Source: a bacterium (GTDB taxonomy: Bacteria > CLD3 > SB21). Taken from it: a DNA stretch of 52,700 nt. The notes under the pieces were generated by a model, which worked only from the letters and a program-made list of their open reading frames with translations, made no database searches and was not told where the DNA came from. How positions within the stretch are numbered: position 1 is the first letter of the stretch; every line of letters begins with the position of its first letter. Made by a program: the position numbers and the translations under genes. Positions 1 to 10,248 of the stretch are shown here, in pieces. Location of the stretch: assembly GCA_013360215.1 (NCBI GenBank), contig JABWCP010000039.1:1-52700 (forward strand). Direction: 5' to 3'.

Positions 1-227
1 ATACCTCTATATATGAAGCGTTTTCCGTACTCAATCCCAAAGCGCCCTTTATTTTATCCAAATTTGTCGTGGACACTCCGTCGGTAAAGCACGCCACCGA
101 CGCACTCAAAACCGATGATCGCTTTTTTCTCAGTCTACGCACCGTATTGATCAAACACTGGATGCGCATGAGCAAACCGTCGTATGTGGATTTATTGATT
201 GAAGCTTTGAGGGAGAAGAGAATTTAG
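1..227 (+). CDS. 3' end of a hypothetical protein (starts upstream of the window)
   Basis: Frame open from position 3 (TSIYEAFSVLNPKAPFILSK...LLIEALREKRI) to TAG at 225-227; not in the ORF track. Confidence 0.6.
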   Translation, partial: TSIYEAFSVLNPKAPFILSKFVVDTPSVKHATDALKTDDRFFLSLRTVLIKHWMRMSKPSYVDLLIEALREKRI

Positions 228-267
228 AATTTAGAATTTAGAATTTAGAATTTAGAATTTAGAATTT
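219..267. repeat. Tandem heptamer repeat (AGAATTT)x7
   Basis: Seven perfect copies read directly, overlapping the stop of the upstream gene, between convergent genes. Confidence 0.95.
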
Positions 268-297
268 GAGATTGATTTTTTTGATTTGAATAGAAAC

Positions 298-1578
298 TTA
301 ATCTCCGCGTTCGGCGGCGATCGGGAGAGGGACTTCGATATCGCGTCGAATATGATTAGCCGAAAAACGAATCATCATCACCGTACTGATGACCATCAGA
401 CCTGCCGCAAATAAAAATGTATTTCCCATACCCGATGTACCGATAAGCCACGCACCGATAAACGGCGCAACAATACCGCGCAGACCGGTCAGCATCGTGT
501 GAATTCCCATATACAAACCCACCTGCTGCCGCGGAGCAAACTCCATCACACAGAGTTGCCAACTGAGTTGCGCACCGCTCATAGAAATACCTTGTAAAAA
601 ACTGGCAAAATAAATCAGTCTGAGATCGGTCGCAAAATAAAACAAAATCACATTGATCGTCGGTAAAATATTGAGCAGAAAACGAATTTTTATCACACCG
701 TATTTATCAATCTGCCGCCCCCAAAATGCAAACGTCAAAAGCATCACCGCCTGCGGAATCACCGTCACGGCGAGCACCGCTTCTTCGTACGTCGCATTAA
801 TCCCGTAGGCCGGATCCGTCACGTAAATAGTTTTTACGGGATCAATCATCAGCATGGCAAAACCGAAAATCGCCCAATATCCCATGAAATGAGCAAACGG
901 TTTGTCTTCCCTCAAAATCGTCAAGGCGGATCGGATCGGATGCATCGGTGACGTAGTATGGACTGTCGGAATGATGTTTATTTTTCGTAATTGCCACCCG
1001 CCCCACAATCCGACCAAACCGATAATAGGATACACGTACACATAATTATGCCCGTCCAAATCCAGCATCAGTCCGAAAACATACGACGCCACAACAAACG
1101 CGATATTAAACACTGTGCGCACGATACCCATCACTTTACCGCGCGAATGATCGGGATAGTTACTCCGATAAATACTCGTCAGAACGGGCGTGTTGAGCGA
1201 ATTGAATGCATACGCCGCACAGAGAATGGCCGTAAAAAGCCATGCATTGGGGATCAGCGCCGTAGCCACGGCCGTAAGAATAAACAAGGTACGCGCAATG
1301 GCATCCGGCACGTACGCATAATTCATTTTATTGGCACGTTCGGCATGGACAGCCGTAAAGATAGAAAACAACAATCCTAGATTGGTCGCACTATAGAGCA
1401 AAGCGACTTGAAAATCGGAAGCGGAAAATGATTTTTTGAGAATGACACCGGCCACACCGGCGGAACCGGCCAACACCAGTCCTTTGGAAATGCCATACTT
1501 AAAATCATGGCGGAACGTTTCGTAGGCATCATCGGGAACACGATAATGATTGATGATTTTTTTGAACAATGAACGCAT
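298..1578 (-). CDS. MFS transporter
   Basis: About 12 hydrophobic segments; WGRQIDKYG motif-A-like loop; start placed at MRSLF (ORF extends to 1602). Confidence 0.85.
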   Translation of the reverse strand: MRSLFKKIINHYRVPDDAYETFRHDFKYGISKGLVLAGSAGVAGVILKKSFSASDFQVALLYSATNLGLLFSIFTAVHAERANKMNYAYVPDAIARTLFILTAVATALIPNAWLFTAILCAAYAFNSLNTPVLTSIYRSNYPDHSRGKVMGIVRTVFNIAFVVASYVFGLMLDLDGHNYVYVYPIIGLVGLWGGWQLRKINIIPTVHTTSPMHPIRSALTILREDKPFAHFMGYWAIFGFAMLMIDPVKTIYVTDPAYGINATYEEAVLAVTVIPQAVMLLTFAFWGRQIDKYGVIKIRFLLNILPTINVILFYFATDLRLIYFASFLQGISMSGAQLSWQLCVMEFAPRQQVGLYMGIHTMLTGLRGIVAPFIGAWLIGTSGMGNTFLFAAGLMVISTVMMIRFSANHIRRDIEVPLPIAAERGD

Positions 1579-1619
1579 ACGATAACATCTATCCGAATAC
1601 AAACTTTAACAAAAGAATT

Positions 1620-2201
1620 TCACTTCGTACCGACGACTTTTTCCACGAAATAATGATGCATACGCGCATCATCGGTGATCTCGGGATGAAATGTACAAAC
1701 CAGTACACGCCCGGAACGTGCGGCCAATATGTTCTCTCCGACGGACGACAGGATCTCCGTCGCGGGGCCTGCCGCGACGATTCGCGGTGCACGAATAAAC
1801 ACGGCATGCACGCTTTTTTCACCCAAAACGGGAATCTTGATGTCTTTTTCAAAACTATCCACTTGCCGTCCGTATCCGTTACGCTCGACGGTAATATCAA
1901 TTAACCCGAAGCGGAACTGCGGCGAATTGACGATGGTTTTGGCAACAAGTATCGAACCCGCGCAGGTCCCGAAAATTGCGCCGCCATTGTCGTAAAATGC
2001 CTGTATCGCATCATCCATCACAAATGCGCGCATCAGCTTGATCAACGTGGTACTTTCACCACCGGGAATAATCAACCCGTGCAAGCCCTCCAATTCGGAC
2101 GGTTTGCGTACCTGCACGGCATCGGCGCCGACAGACTGTGTCATCTTCTGATGTGCCTCAAAATCACCTTGCAACGCCAGCACACCGATTTTTTTTTGCA
2201 T
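1620..2201 (-). CDS. pdxT: Pyridoxal 5'-phosphate synthase glutaminase subunit
   Basis: GVLALQGDF, PGGESTT, GTCAG nucleophile, RNGYGRQVDSF, FIRAP and FHPE motifs. Confidence 0.97.
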   Translation of the reverse strand: MQKKIGVLALQGDFEAHQKMTQSVGADAVQVRKPSELEGLHGLIIPGGESTTLIKLMRAFVMDDAIQAFYDNGGAIFGTCAGSILVAKTIVNSPQFRFGLIDITVERNGYGRQVDSFEKDIKIPVLGEKSVHAVFIRAPRIVAAGPATEILSSVGENILAARSGRVLVCTFHPEITDDARMHHYFVEKVVGTK

Positions 2202-2217
2202 AAACTTGATCTCTTAA

Positions 2218-2733
2218 TTATTCGTGTTCACCGGCCATGCCGACCATATACTGCGCGATCACATCGGTTGCCGTTTCCCACTCCGGCAGAGGCGACTCCC
2301 AGGTGCGATCCTGTGCGCGCCGTAGGTATATCATTTGGCTCATATGATAAAGATAATGCTGCGGGATATGCGCCATCACAGCACCCAACGATTTGTACGG
2401 CACTTTGTCCGCCGCCGTGGTTCGTCGATCCAATAACGCATCAGACTCCAATCCGTCGAGAATGGCTTCATATTGCCCCAACGCCTGTTGCAACATAGTT
2501 TGGAGTTGCGTGACTGTCGGGCGTTTTATGTCGGCTACATCCGGCGTGATATCATGGCGTTTGTAAAACCACATGTCAACGCGAATGAGGTGACGCATCA
2601 TGTCTCCGATCGAACGCGATTCGGCCGCCGGTTGCCAGTACAACTGTTCTTCCGTGATACCGTCTAAGGTTTTGATCAGACCTGCGCGTGCGACGCGGTG
2701 CACCCGGCGAAGTTTTTCTATTTTATCTTTCAT
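2218..2733 (-). CDS. DinB superfamily protein
   Basis: SIGDMMRHL and HIPQHYLYHMSQM metal-ligand His pattern; start placed at MKDK. Confidence 0.8.
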   Translation of the reverse strand: MKDKIEKLRRVHRVARAGLIKTLDGITEEQLYWQPAAESRSIGDMMRHLIRVDMWFYKRHDITPDVADIKRPTVTQLQTMLQQALGQYEAILDGLESDALLDRRTTAADKVPYKSLGAVMAHIPQHYLYHMSQMIYLRRAQDRTWESPLPEWETATDVIAQYMVGMAGEHE

Positions 2734-2753
2734 ACTTACTATCCGGTGATCGG

Positions 2754-3665
2754 TTACCATCCCCGATTGGCCAATAATTCACTGGCAGCAAGATTGTCTA
2801 CATTGATACCGACCATCGCTGCGCCGAGCGACTTCGACACTTCGGCCAATATCGCAGGATCTTTGAAATGCGTCGCCGCTTTGACGATCGCTTCCGCACG
2901 TTTGACCGGGTTTCCGGATTTGAAAATGCCCGATCCGACAAATACCGCTTCCGCGCCGAGTTGCATCACGAGTGCGGCATCGGCAGGCGTAGCGATACCG
3001 CCCGCTGAAAAATTGGGTACAGGCAGTTTGCCGTTTTTTGCAACCCATTGGAGCAGTTCAAACGGTGCACCCATCGTTTTTGCTTCGCTCATCAGTTCGT
3101 CCGTGCCCATCACGGTCAGTTTTTTGATATGCCCGATGATCGTGCGGATATGGCGCACAGCTTCGACCACGTTTCCGGTACCCGCTTCGCCTTTGGTACG
3201 AATCATCGCCGCCCCTTCGCCGATACGACGCAGCGCTTCGCCGAGATTGGTCGCACCGCAAACGAAAGGTACTTTGTAATCATGTTTGTATATGTGGTTA
3301 GCTTCATCCGCCGGCGTAAGCACTTCACTTTCGTCAATAAAATCCACACCCAGCGATTCGAGGATTTGCGCTTCGACAAAGTGGCCGATGCGTGCTTTGG
3401 CCATGACGGGAATGCTGACCGCATCCATAATACCGAGTATCATTTCCGGGTCGCTCATACGCGCCACGCCGCCATCACGACGAATGTCTGCCGGAACGCG
3501 TTCCAACGCCATCACGGCGCATGCGCCCGCATCTTCGGCGATTTTAGCCTGCTCGGGATTGACCACGTCCATAATGACGCCGCCCTTCATCATCTCGGCC
3601 AAACCGACTTTGACTTTGAATGTCCCTTTGAGAATATTGTCTTCTCCTTGTGTACTTGCTGTCAT
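2754..3665 (-). CDS. pdxS: Pyridoxal 5'-phosphate synthase lyase subunit
   Basis: [41 protein letters not shown] and [17 protein letters not shown]; start placed at MTAST. Confidence 0.98.
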   Translation of the reverse strand: MTASTQGEDNILKGTFKVKVGLAEMMKGGVIMDVVNPEQAKIAEDAGACAVMALERVPADIRRDGGVARMSDPEMILGIMDAVSIPVMAKARIGHFVEAQILESLGVDFIDESEVLTPADEANHIYKHDYKVPFVCGATNLGEALRRIGEGAAMIRTKGEAGTGNVVEAVRHIRTIIGHIKKLTVMGTDELMSEAKTMGAPFELLQWVAKNGKLPVPNFSAGGIATPADAALVMQLGAEAVFVGSGIFKSGNPVKRAEAIVKAATHFKDPAILAEVSKSLGAAMVGINVDNLAASELLANRGW

Positions 3666-3720
3666 GATATATTCCTTTCGATTTTTTAAGTGCGCAAATA
3701 TAATTTTTTTTAATTCAGGG

Positions 3721-4641
3721 TCAATTGTGATCCTCAACTATCGTTTGAACGGCTGTACGTGACCGCGAACGATACACATTAACAAAATACACACCGATCA
3801 GTATCAGTACGCAGCCGATCATCGCACGTACAGTCAACGCTTCCCCGCGGACAAGCCAGCCGAGTATCACGGCGACTAAGGGTGTGGCGACAGGTATGAT
3901 CGCCGCTTCCACGACGGAAACTTTTTTGATCACCCACATATACACAACAAAGGCGACCGCCGAGCCGAATACGCCGAGGTAAAAAATGCTCGCGACGGAT
4001 TGCGGTGTCCAGTGCAAACGCGACGTATCTTCGGTAAGTAACCCAGTGCCTAAAAGACAAACGGCGCAGAGAATCATTTGTACCGTTACGTTGACGACGG
4101 GATGAATGCCGTCCGCATGTTTTTTGGCATATACGCTGATGACGGCACCGCACAGTGCCGCTAAAATGATGGAAACATCGCCCATCCACGACGTACCGAT
4201 ATGGTGAATATCACGCAGAAAAACAACCGTGACCCCGGCAAAACTAACGACCGTACCGAAAATTTTGACTCCTGTGATTTCATGTTCCGCTAGCCACAGG
4301 TATCCGAGTATGATGACAAAAAACGGCATGGTTGCAAAAATAATCGCACCGATACCCGAATCAATATACTGTTCACCCCAGAATACAAAGGCATAATCCA
4401 GCATTTGAAAAAAACCCAGAAACAGCATGACACGCCACGAATGCCGGTCGCGGGGAAACGGAATACGCTGAAAGAACATCAAAGCAATCAATAATACCGA
4501 CGCGATAACAAAACGAATTCCGGCAAATAAAAACGGCGGTAAATCTTCAAGACCGATTTTGATGGCAAGCCAGGTCGAACCCCAGATCAAAGTACAGATC
4601 GCAATCGCGATGTGCGGCCAGTAGTGTTTGTGTGACGACAA
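3721..4641 (-). CDS. EamA/DMT family transporter
   Basis: [20 protein letters not shown]; about 10 TM segments in two repeats. Confidence 0.9.
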   Translation of the reverse strand: MSSHKHYWPHIAIAICTLIWGSTWLAIKIGLEDLPPFLFAGIRFVIASVLLIALMFFQRIPFPRDRHSWRVMLFLGFFQMLDYAFVFWGEQYIDSGIGAIIFATMPFFVIILGYLWLAEHEITGVKIFGTVVSFAGVTVVFLRDIHHIGTSWMGDVSIILAALCGAVISVYAKKHADGIHPVVNVTVQMILCAVCLLGTGLLTEDTSRLHWTPQSVASIFYLGVFGSAVAFVVYMWVIKKVSVVEAAIIPVATPLVAVILGWLVRGEALTVRAMIGCVLILIGVYFVNVYRSRSRTAVQTIVEDHN

Positions 4642-4681
4642 AAGAACCTCGTGTGCTCTCTATGTATTTTTTATTTTATCG

Positions 4682-5173
4682 TTAATCGTTTTTTATTGTA
4701 ATCACATCGCCGGCTTGTACCGTACCTTCGTGTAAAACCTCGGCATAAAATCCGCCCGCTCCCCAATGCGGCGACTCCGGATTACCGTCCCGGGCCAAAG
4801 CGTCGTACAAATGCGTCCCGATATCCGCTCCATACACTTTGATCGTATTGCACGGGACCCGCAGCTTGGTGATGCGTAGTATAAGTTTCTCTCCGACTGA
4901 AAACGTATCGCCAAAACGAATCGGCGCGTACGGTAACCCCTCCGTCGTAAAATTTTCTCCCAAGGCGCCGGGGAAAACAGGGTAACCGAGTTGGACCAAC
5001 GATTGATACGTTTCGTTCGCAATCATCAGAACGACTTGGCGCGGCCCGCCGTGAACTTTTTTGTTGTTCCAGTCATCACCTTGTACGCGCTCATTACTGA
5101 CATACGCGGAAGCGATCTGTTTTTTCGGGATGCCGCCGGACGAAATATTGATCTGTTTGATGATACCTTGCAT
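4682..5173 (-). CDS. MOSC domain protein (YiiM-like)
   Basis: HGGPRQVV, PGALGENFTT, RVPC and G-FYAEVLHEGTV motifs. Confidence 0.88.
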   Translation of the reverse strand: MQGIIKQINISSGGIPKKQIASAYVSNERVQGDDWNNKKVHGGPRQVVLMIANETYQSLVQLGYPVFPGALGENFTTEGLPYAPIRFGDTFSVGEKLILRITKLRVPCNTIKVYGADIGTHLYDALARDGNPESPHWGAGGFYAEVLHEGTVQAGDVITIKND

Positions 5174-5178
5174 ACGGA

Positions 5179-5646
5179 TTATTCTCTGCAAAATGTGATG
5201 TAATCGGTTTGTGCCGGCGTTCCTCCGGCCTTACGCACTTCCATCGCGATCTGCCCGCGATGATAGGTCGAGTGATACAAAACATGCGTTATTATTTCAT
5301 TAATCGTATTGGAAAACGATTGACCTTGCGTGTTGGTATATGTGATCGTGTTTTCCAGCGCATCGTCTGTTTGCGATGTCATAAAATCAATCCATTGGCG
5401 TTCCACGGTTTGAAGTTGCGACTCACATTCTTCCAGAGACCAATCATTCCAAACTCCCTTCACGTGTTTATATTCGCCCGTGATACGAAGAAACCATAAA
5501 CGTTTGGCTTCTACTAAATGTGAAAAGAGTTGTACGCTACGCGCACGTCCCATACCCAAAGCGCGAATAGATGCATAAGTACGTGCGTCCGCCCAACGAT
5601 CATACGCCCATTGTGTTTGCAGTTGATCAACTCTGTTTTTGTTCAT
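5179..5646 (-). CDS. DinB family protein
   Basis: FSHLVEA and HVLYHSTYHRGQI; P-TDYI C-terminus. Confidence 0.88.
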   Translation of the reverse strand: MNKNRVDQLQTQWAYDRWADARTYASIRALGMGRARSVQLFSHLVEAKRLWFLRITGEYKHVKGVWNDWSLEECESQLQTVERQWIDFMTSQTDDALENTITYTNTQGQSFSNTINEIITHVLYHSTYHRGQIAMEVRKAGGTPAQTDYITFCRE

Positions 5647-5801
5647 TTTGTCGATTCCGATTTAGCGCACTGTTAATGTTATCGTACTAATGTTCTAACA
5701 ATGCCGTGTTAGATTACATCCGAAAATAGTTCATTAAATCAACGAATTTATTACATAACGAATATCATTATAGACGATATCACCAAACTGAAAGGACATG
5801 T

Positions 5802-6206
5802 ATGGTTTCATTCCGTCGTATCGCATTGCTGACCTTGGTATTTATTGTTATCGCTTCCACGGTTGAAGCGGCTGATCGCGCTCCGGTTAATGTACTCGAA
5901 GCAGCCCGGAAAAATATTATTTTGACGCTCAAGGGCGTTAATGAATCCATGCAAGCGGACGCGATACAGACATTGATCGAGTTGCACCGTCAATATCCTG
6001 AAATGGATTTTTCGGAAGCTGTCCCGGCATTGCTTGGCATGCTGGATGGCCATCGCAGTTACAGCGTAAGAATCTTGTCTGCTCTTGCCTTGGCTGAAAT
6101 TGGCGGAATATCCTACAAAGATGCTATCTCCAAAAGGGCGCTTAATGACCAACATCCGTGCGTGCGTCATGTCTGTGCCGGAATTATGGCTGAGTTTAAA
6201 ATGTAA
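5802..6206 (+). CDS. Secreted HEAT-repeat protein
   Basis: Signal peptide (VEA-AD), AVPALLGML..VRILSALALAEIG HEAT-like unit, AAGGA RBS upstream. Confidence 0.7.
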   Translation: MVSFRRIALLTLVFIVIASTVEAADRAPVNVLEAARKNIILTLKGVNESMQADAIQTLIELHRQYPEMDFSEAVPALLGMLDGHRSYSVRILSALALAEIGGISYKDAISKRALNDQHPCVRHVCAGIMAEFKM

Positions 6207-6238
6207 TTGATTTCCCACTTCGTTTCTTCTTCTGTTGC

Positions 6239-6261
6239 GCGGCCTTCGGGCCGCTTTTTTT
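6239..6261 (+). terminator. Intrinsic terminator
   Basis: GCGGCC-TTCG-GGCCGC hairpin followed by a T run. Confidence 0.85.
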
Positions 6262-7795
6262 ACATCACCGAAGCCAGTGCGGAGTCGGACTCGACCCACG
6301 GCGCACTGCCCATTTTTTTCTTAATAATATCTCCGAGTATCGCGATACCTTCATGAATATGCTCCGTCGTTTGCGAAACAAAACCCAAACGCATACCGCC
6401 GCCGGCATCCGGGCGCACGGAAAAAAAACGCTTGGGCGTAAAAAGAACACGCCGCTGACGGGCTTCCATCAGCACATCATACTCATCCATACCTTCCGGC
6501 AGATCCGCCCACTCAAAAAGACCGCCGGCAGGAACATGGAAATGCACTTCCTCCGGAAAGTACTGACGGGACGCGGTGATCATCGCATCGCGCCGCTCTT
6601 TGACAACTTTCATTTTTCTTTTCAGATAGCGATCGAAATGGCCGGCTTCACAAAACTCCAATATTGCGCCCTGAATCAAATAATTGTTTTGCCAGTCCGT
6701 GAGGCGTTTGGCGTAATTCAGTTTATTTTGAAACGCGCGATTGGAAGTAATCACCCAACCCAGGCGAATGCCGTGAAATAATATTTTTGAAAAACTGCCA
6801 AGCGCGATGACAATACCTTCGTCATCTAATGCCGCAATCGGCACGATCTCCTCGCCCTCCATGCGCAGTTCGTTGGCGTATTGATCTTCGACGATCGGTA
6901 TTTCGTAATGGTACGCCAGTTCCAATAGATGTTTACGTCGTTCCAGAGGCATCGTTCGGCCCGTTGGATTTTGGAATGTCGGTATCGTATATATCAACTT
7001 TACTTTTTGCCGCTCCAGTATCGTTTCAAGAATATCCATGCGCATGCCCTGATCGTCCATGGGAATGCCGATGATATTAGCGCCGAGCGATTTGAATATG
7101 CGCCGCGCACCGTGATAGGTTACTTCTTCCGTGATCACCGTATCGCCGGGATTGATCAGAATCCGTGCGATCAGATCTATGCCTTGCTGAATGCCGCTGA
7201 CCATCGTGATATCCGAACTCTGTACGGTAAGACCGCGTCGTACTAGAAACTTCGGCAAATATTCGACGAACGGCCGAAACCCCTGCGTATCACCCATCTC
7301 CAGCAGATCCACTCCGTATTTTTGAATCGCCCGATAGGAACAATTTTGAAAATCAACGAGCGGGAAAAGATGTTTATCCGGCACAACCGAAGAAAATGCA
7401 ATCATGTCCTGCGGTTTGCTGCATGTGCGCACGATCGTATCAATCGCCTGCATCGAAGGGTCTTCGGGATTGATCCAGTGCTCCGCATACAAACCGTCGA
7501 ATGAAAAATTACCGGATTTGTTTTGGGCGGCGACCACTCCTTTGGCAGCAACGTGGGCATGTTTACTGACAAAAGTACCGCGGCCTACTTCGGAGTACAC
7601 AAAACCTTTAACCTCAAGTTCCTGATACGCCTGGACGACCGTATTGCGGTGCACATGCAACTGTAAAGCCAGATCACGCGTAGCGGGTAATTTTTCGTCG
7701 GCCTTGAGAATCCCGACGCGGATCAATTCCGTTATACGCCGTTCAATCTGCGTATAGAGCGGAACATCGCTTTCTTTGTTGAGTTCAAACACCAT
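6260..7795 (-). CDS. MocR/GabR (PdxR-like) transcriptional regulator, GntR wHTH plus PLP aminotransferase domain
   Basis: PLYTQI..LPATRDLA..VHRNTVVQAYQELEVKG..GRGTFV; YTIPTFQNPTG, EDQY, GSFSKILFHGIRLGW. Confidence 0.93.
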   Translation of the reverse strand: MVFELNKESDVPLYTQIERRITELIRVGILKADEKLPATRDLALQLHVHRNTVVQAYQELEVKGFVYSEVGRGTFVSKHAHVAAKGVVAAQNKSGNFSFDGLYAEHWINPEDPSMQAIDTIVRTCSKPQDMIAFSSVVPDKHLFPLVDFQNCSYRAIQKYGVDLLEMGDTQGFRPFVEYLPKFLVRRGLTVQSSDITMVSGIQQGIDLIARILINPGDTVITEEVTYHGARRIFKSLGANIIGIPMDDQGMRMDILETILERQKVKLIYTIPTFQNPTGRTMPLERRKHLLELAYHYEIPIVEDQYANELRMEGEEIVPIAALDDEGIVIALGSFSKILFHGIRLGWVITSNRAFQNKLNYAKRLTDWQNNYLIQGAILEFCEAGHFDRYLKRKMKVVKERRDAMITASRQYFPEEVHFHVPAGGLFEWADLPEGMDEYDVLMEARQRRVLFTPKRFFSVRPDAGGGMRLGFVSQTTEHIHEGIAILGDIIKKKMGSAPWVESDSALASVM

Positions 7796-7804
7796 ACATC
7801 ACCT

Positions 7805-8146
7805 TTACGGAGCTTTGGGTTGATGAATTTTTTTCTTCCACACATAACCGATCCAGAAATAGAGTACACAACACACGGAAAAAACGATCGGGCTTACATA
7901 AAAATCAAGAAACGTCAATTCCGCCTTATCGCTTACGGTAAACATGTACATCGTGCCGACCGTACCGATCAAAAAACATACTAAACAACTATAGAGGTAG
8001 CCGAACGAACGATGTTCGCGCCATCGCTGCTGATTCTGCCGGCTTTGCATAACGACAAAAATCATCACAAGGATCGCCAACTTAAAAGCGATGACCATCA
8101 TACCGATAAAAACGGCCCACGCAATGAGGCCTTCGAGTGGTAACAT
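7805..8146 (-). CDS. Small membrane protein (about 3 TM)
   Basis: Three hydrophobic stretches; fits the gene spacing of the cluster. Confidence 0.6.
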   Translation of the reverse strand: MLPLEGLIAWAVFIGMMVIAFKLAILVMIFVVMQSRQNQQRWREHRSFGYLYSCLVCFLIGTVGTMYMFTVSDKAELTFLDFYVSPIVFSVCCVLYFWIGYVWKKKIHQPKAP

Positions 8147-8208
8147 AGAATTATAAATTTTTAGTGAATATTGGTTGTATTAACATAACTAAATCTCATC
8201 GCATGCGT

Positions 8209-8646
8209 TCAGTTTACCAACGGAAGATGTTCGAATTCATCGGGAATTAATTTCGGATTCCAACAAATTTCCCAGCTATACCCATCCGGATCGGAAAAAA
8301 AAGCATGGCGCCCGCCCCATACGGCAGGTTGTGCTTCTTTGAGTATTTTTACCTTTTCGTTTTTTAGTTTATTGACCCACGCATCAACATCGTTTTCATT
8401 TTGAACATTATGCGATAAAAGGATTCCCGTAGACGAAGGCGATACCGTTTCAAACGACGCGCCGGTTAAGGCGTTCAGCTGTTGAATGGGATATATCCCC
8501 AGTACCATACCGCCATTGTCAAAAAGTGTAATCACCGGTGTTTTTTTCAATATTTTGAATCCCAATACATCCGAATAAAAATTCGCCGCACGTTGCATAT
8601 CCGACACACCGAGTGTTATAAAATGGATTCGCATCGGTTTCACCAT
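8209..8646 (-). CDS. VOC/glyoxalase family protein
   Basis: ITLGVSDMQRAANFY; WGGRHAFFSDPDGYSWE. Confidence 0.9.
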   Translation of the reverse strand: MVKPMRIHFITLGVSDMQRAANFYSDVLGFKILKKTPVITLFDNGGMVLGIYPIQQLNALTGASFETVSPSSTGILLSHNVQNENDVDAWVNKLKNEKVKILKEAQPAVWGGRHAFFSDPDGYSWEICWNPKLIPDEFEHLPLVN

Positions 8647-9419
8647 TGGATCGTACCTTGCAGATAATCGGCCGCATAACCACCGATATCAACCCGATCA
8701 CCGCGCAATTTACAAAAAATTTCACCGCCGCGTTTTGAAACCTGAAGTGCATACAATTCATCTTTTCCCAGCCGCTCCGCCCAGTACGGGATCAGCGAAC
8801 AATGCGCCGAACCGGTGACAGGGTCTTCATTGATACCGACGCTCGGTGCGAAAAATCGTGACACAAAATCCGTCGTATCGCCCCGCGCCGTGACGATAAC
8901 TTTTTCGCCTAATGATTTTAGCATTGTGAAATCCGGCGACAATGCACGCACCGTCGCTTCGGAGTCAAATACGCAAAAGTAATCGCGTGCTTTAAGAATT
9001 ACGTCCGGATTGGCGCCAAGACCTTCAACTAATGCCCGCGGCACCGTGCAGGGTAAGGGTTTGCGTGCGGGAAAATCCATAAGCAACTTTCCGTCAGGTA
9101 AACGACGTATGGTCAATTTTCCGCTTTGCGTGTGAAAATGTATTTCCGATCGTTCAAAGTGCAGGTGTTCAAAAAGCACATGGGCCGTCGCCAGTGTGGC
9201 ATGACCGCAAAGATCAATTTCCACTTCCGGGGTAAACCACCGCAATGCAAAATCGTCACCTTGCGGAATAAAAAACGCCGTTTCCGAAAGATTGTTTTCA
9301 GCGGCAATACCCCTCATTATTTCATCTTCCGGCCAGACTTGCATCGGGCAAACCGCTGCCGGATTGCCGGAAAAAACTTTACGCGTAAACGCATCCACCT
9401 GATACATTGTGATTTTCAT
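8640..9419 (-). CDS. PhzF-family isomerase
   Basis: VDAFT..GNPAAV, NLSETAF, EIDLCGHATLA, EDPVTGSAH. Confidence 0.93.
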   Translation of the reverse strand: MKITMYQVDAFTRKVFSGNPAAVCPMQVWPEDEIMRGIAAENNLSETAFFIPQGDDFALRWFTPEVEIDLCGHATLATAHVLFEHLHFERSEIHFHTQSGKLTIRRLPDGKLLMDFPARKPLPCTVPRALVEGLGANPDVILKARDYFCVFDSEATVRALSPDFTMLKSLGEKVIVTARGDTTDFVSRFFAPSVGINEDPVTGSAHCSLIPYWAERLGKDELYALQVSKRGGEIFCKLRGDRVDIGGYAADYLQGTIQW

Positions 9420-9421
9420 TT

Positions 9422-10225
9422 TTATGATCCCGTATAAGTGATCGTATCGCCGATACGCAGTTTACCGTTTTTTTGCACCGGAATAAGATTCATCCCGAAC
9501 ATAATTTTACCCTCCGCGCTCCGGCGATATGTCGCCAGTGTTTTCAAAGGTTCCGCACCACTTTCGGTTGTCTCCGGATCCACCGTCGTCAGTACACAAC
9601 GGGAACACCGTTTGACGCCGCGAAACTCTACTGCACCGGTACGCATGATTTGCCATGTATCTTCTTCATGCGCCGCGCAACCGCTTACGACGATATTTGG
9701 GCGAAATCGTGTCATCGTCACCGGCGAAGCCAGTTTGGAATTGAGTAATTCTAACGAGGCTTCCGAAATCACCAGCGCTGGATACGCATCGGCAAAACTC
9801 ACGTGATCATCGGCAACGGCATACTTGCGATCCACCGGTCGTAAAAACTGTGGCTGCATACGAACTAACCGGTAGCGCGCACCGAGAAACTGGCTCAGCC
9901 ATTCGGCCGGTGCGCCGCCGCAATCCCATGCTTCGCACGTATCTTCCCATACCGTGACGCGGACGATGCTGTGCGGCATAAGATGGATCGGTGTTGCAAA
10001 AAGCTCCATCCCCGGCGCCCGCATATACAAAATACCGCTTTCGATCGAGGGTTCGATCCATAACAATGGATGCACCTCACGCGCCGTCACAAAACGACCG
10101 GATGTATCCACGATCATAAAACGCCGATCATCGGTAAATCCGTACGCATCCAACGTAACTGACGGGACGGAAAATCCTTTGCAGGATTTGATCGGATAAA
10201 TGCGAAGATCGCTGATTTGTACCAT
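9422..10225 (-). CDS. MOSC_N plus MOSC protein (YcbX/mARC-like)
   Basis: IYPIKSCKG, DRRFMIVD, FADAYP, RFRPNIVV, KRCSRC; start placed at MVQIS. Confidence 0.92.
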   Translation of the reverse strand: MVQISDLRIYPIKSCKGFSVPSVTLDAYGFTDDRRFMIVDTSGRFVTAREVHPLLWIEPSIESGILYMRAPGMELFATPIHLMPHSIVRVTVWEDTCEAWDCGGAPAEWLSQFLGARYRLVRMQPQFLRPVDRKYAVADDHVSFADAYPALVISEASLELLNSKLASPVTMTRFRPNIVVSGCAAHEEDTWQIMRTGAVEFRGVKRCSRCVLTTVDPETTESGAEPLKTLATYRRSAEGKIMFGMNLIPVQKNGKLRIGDTITYTGS

Positions 10226-10248
10226 TTTTATTTTTTTTAAAGTTAATG

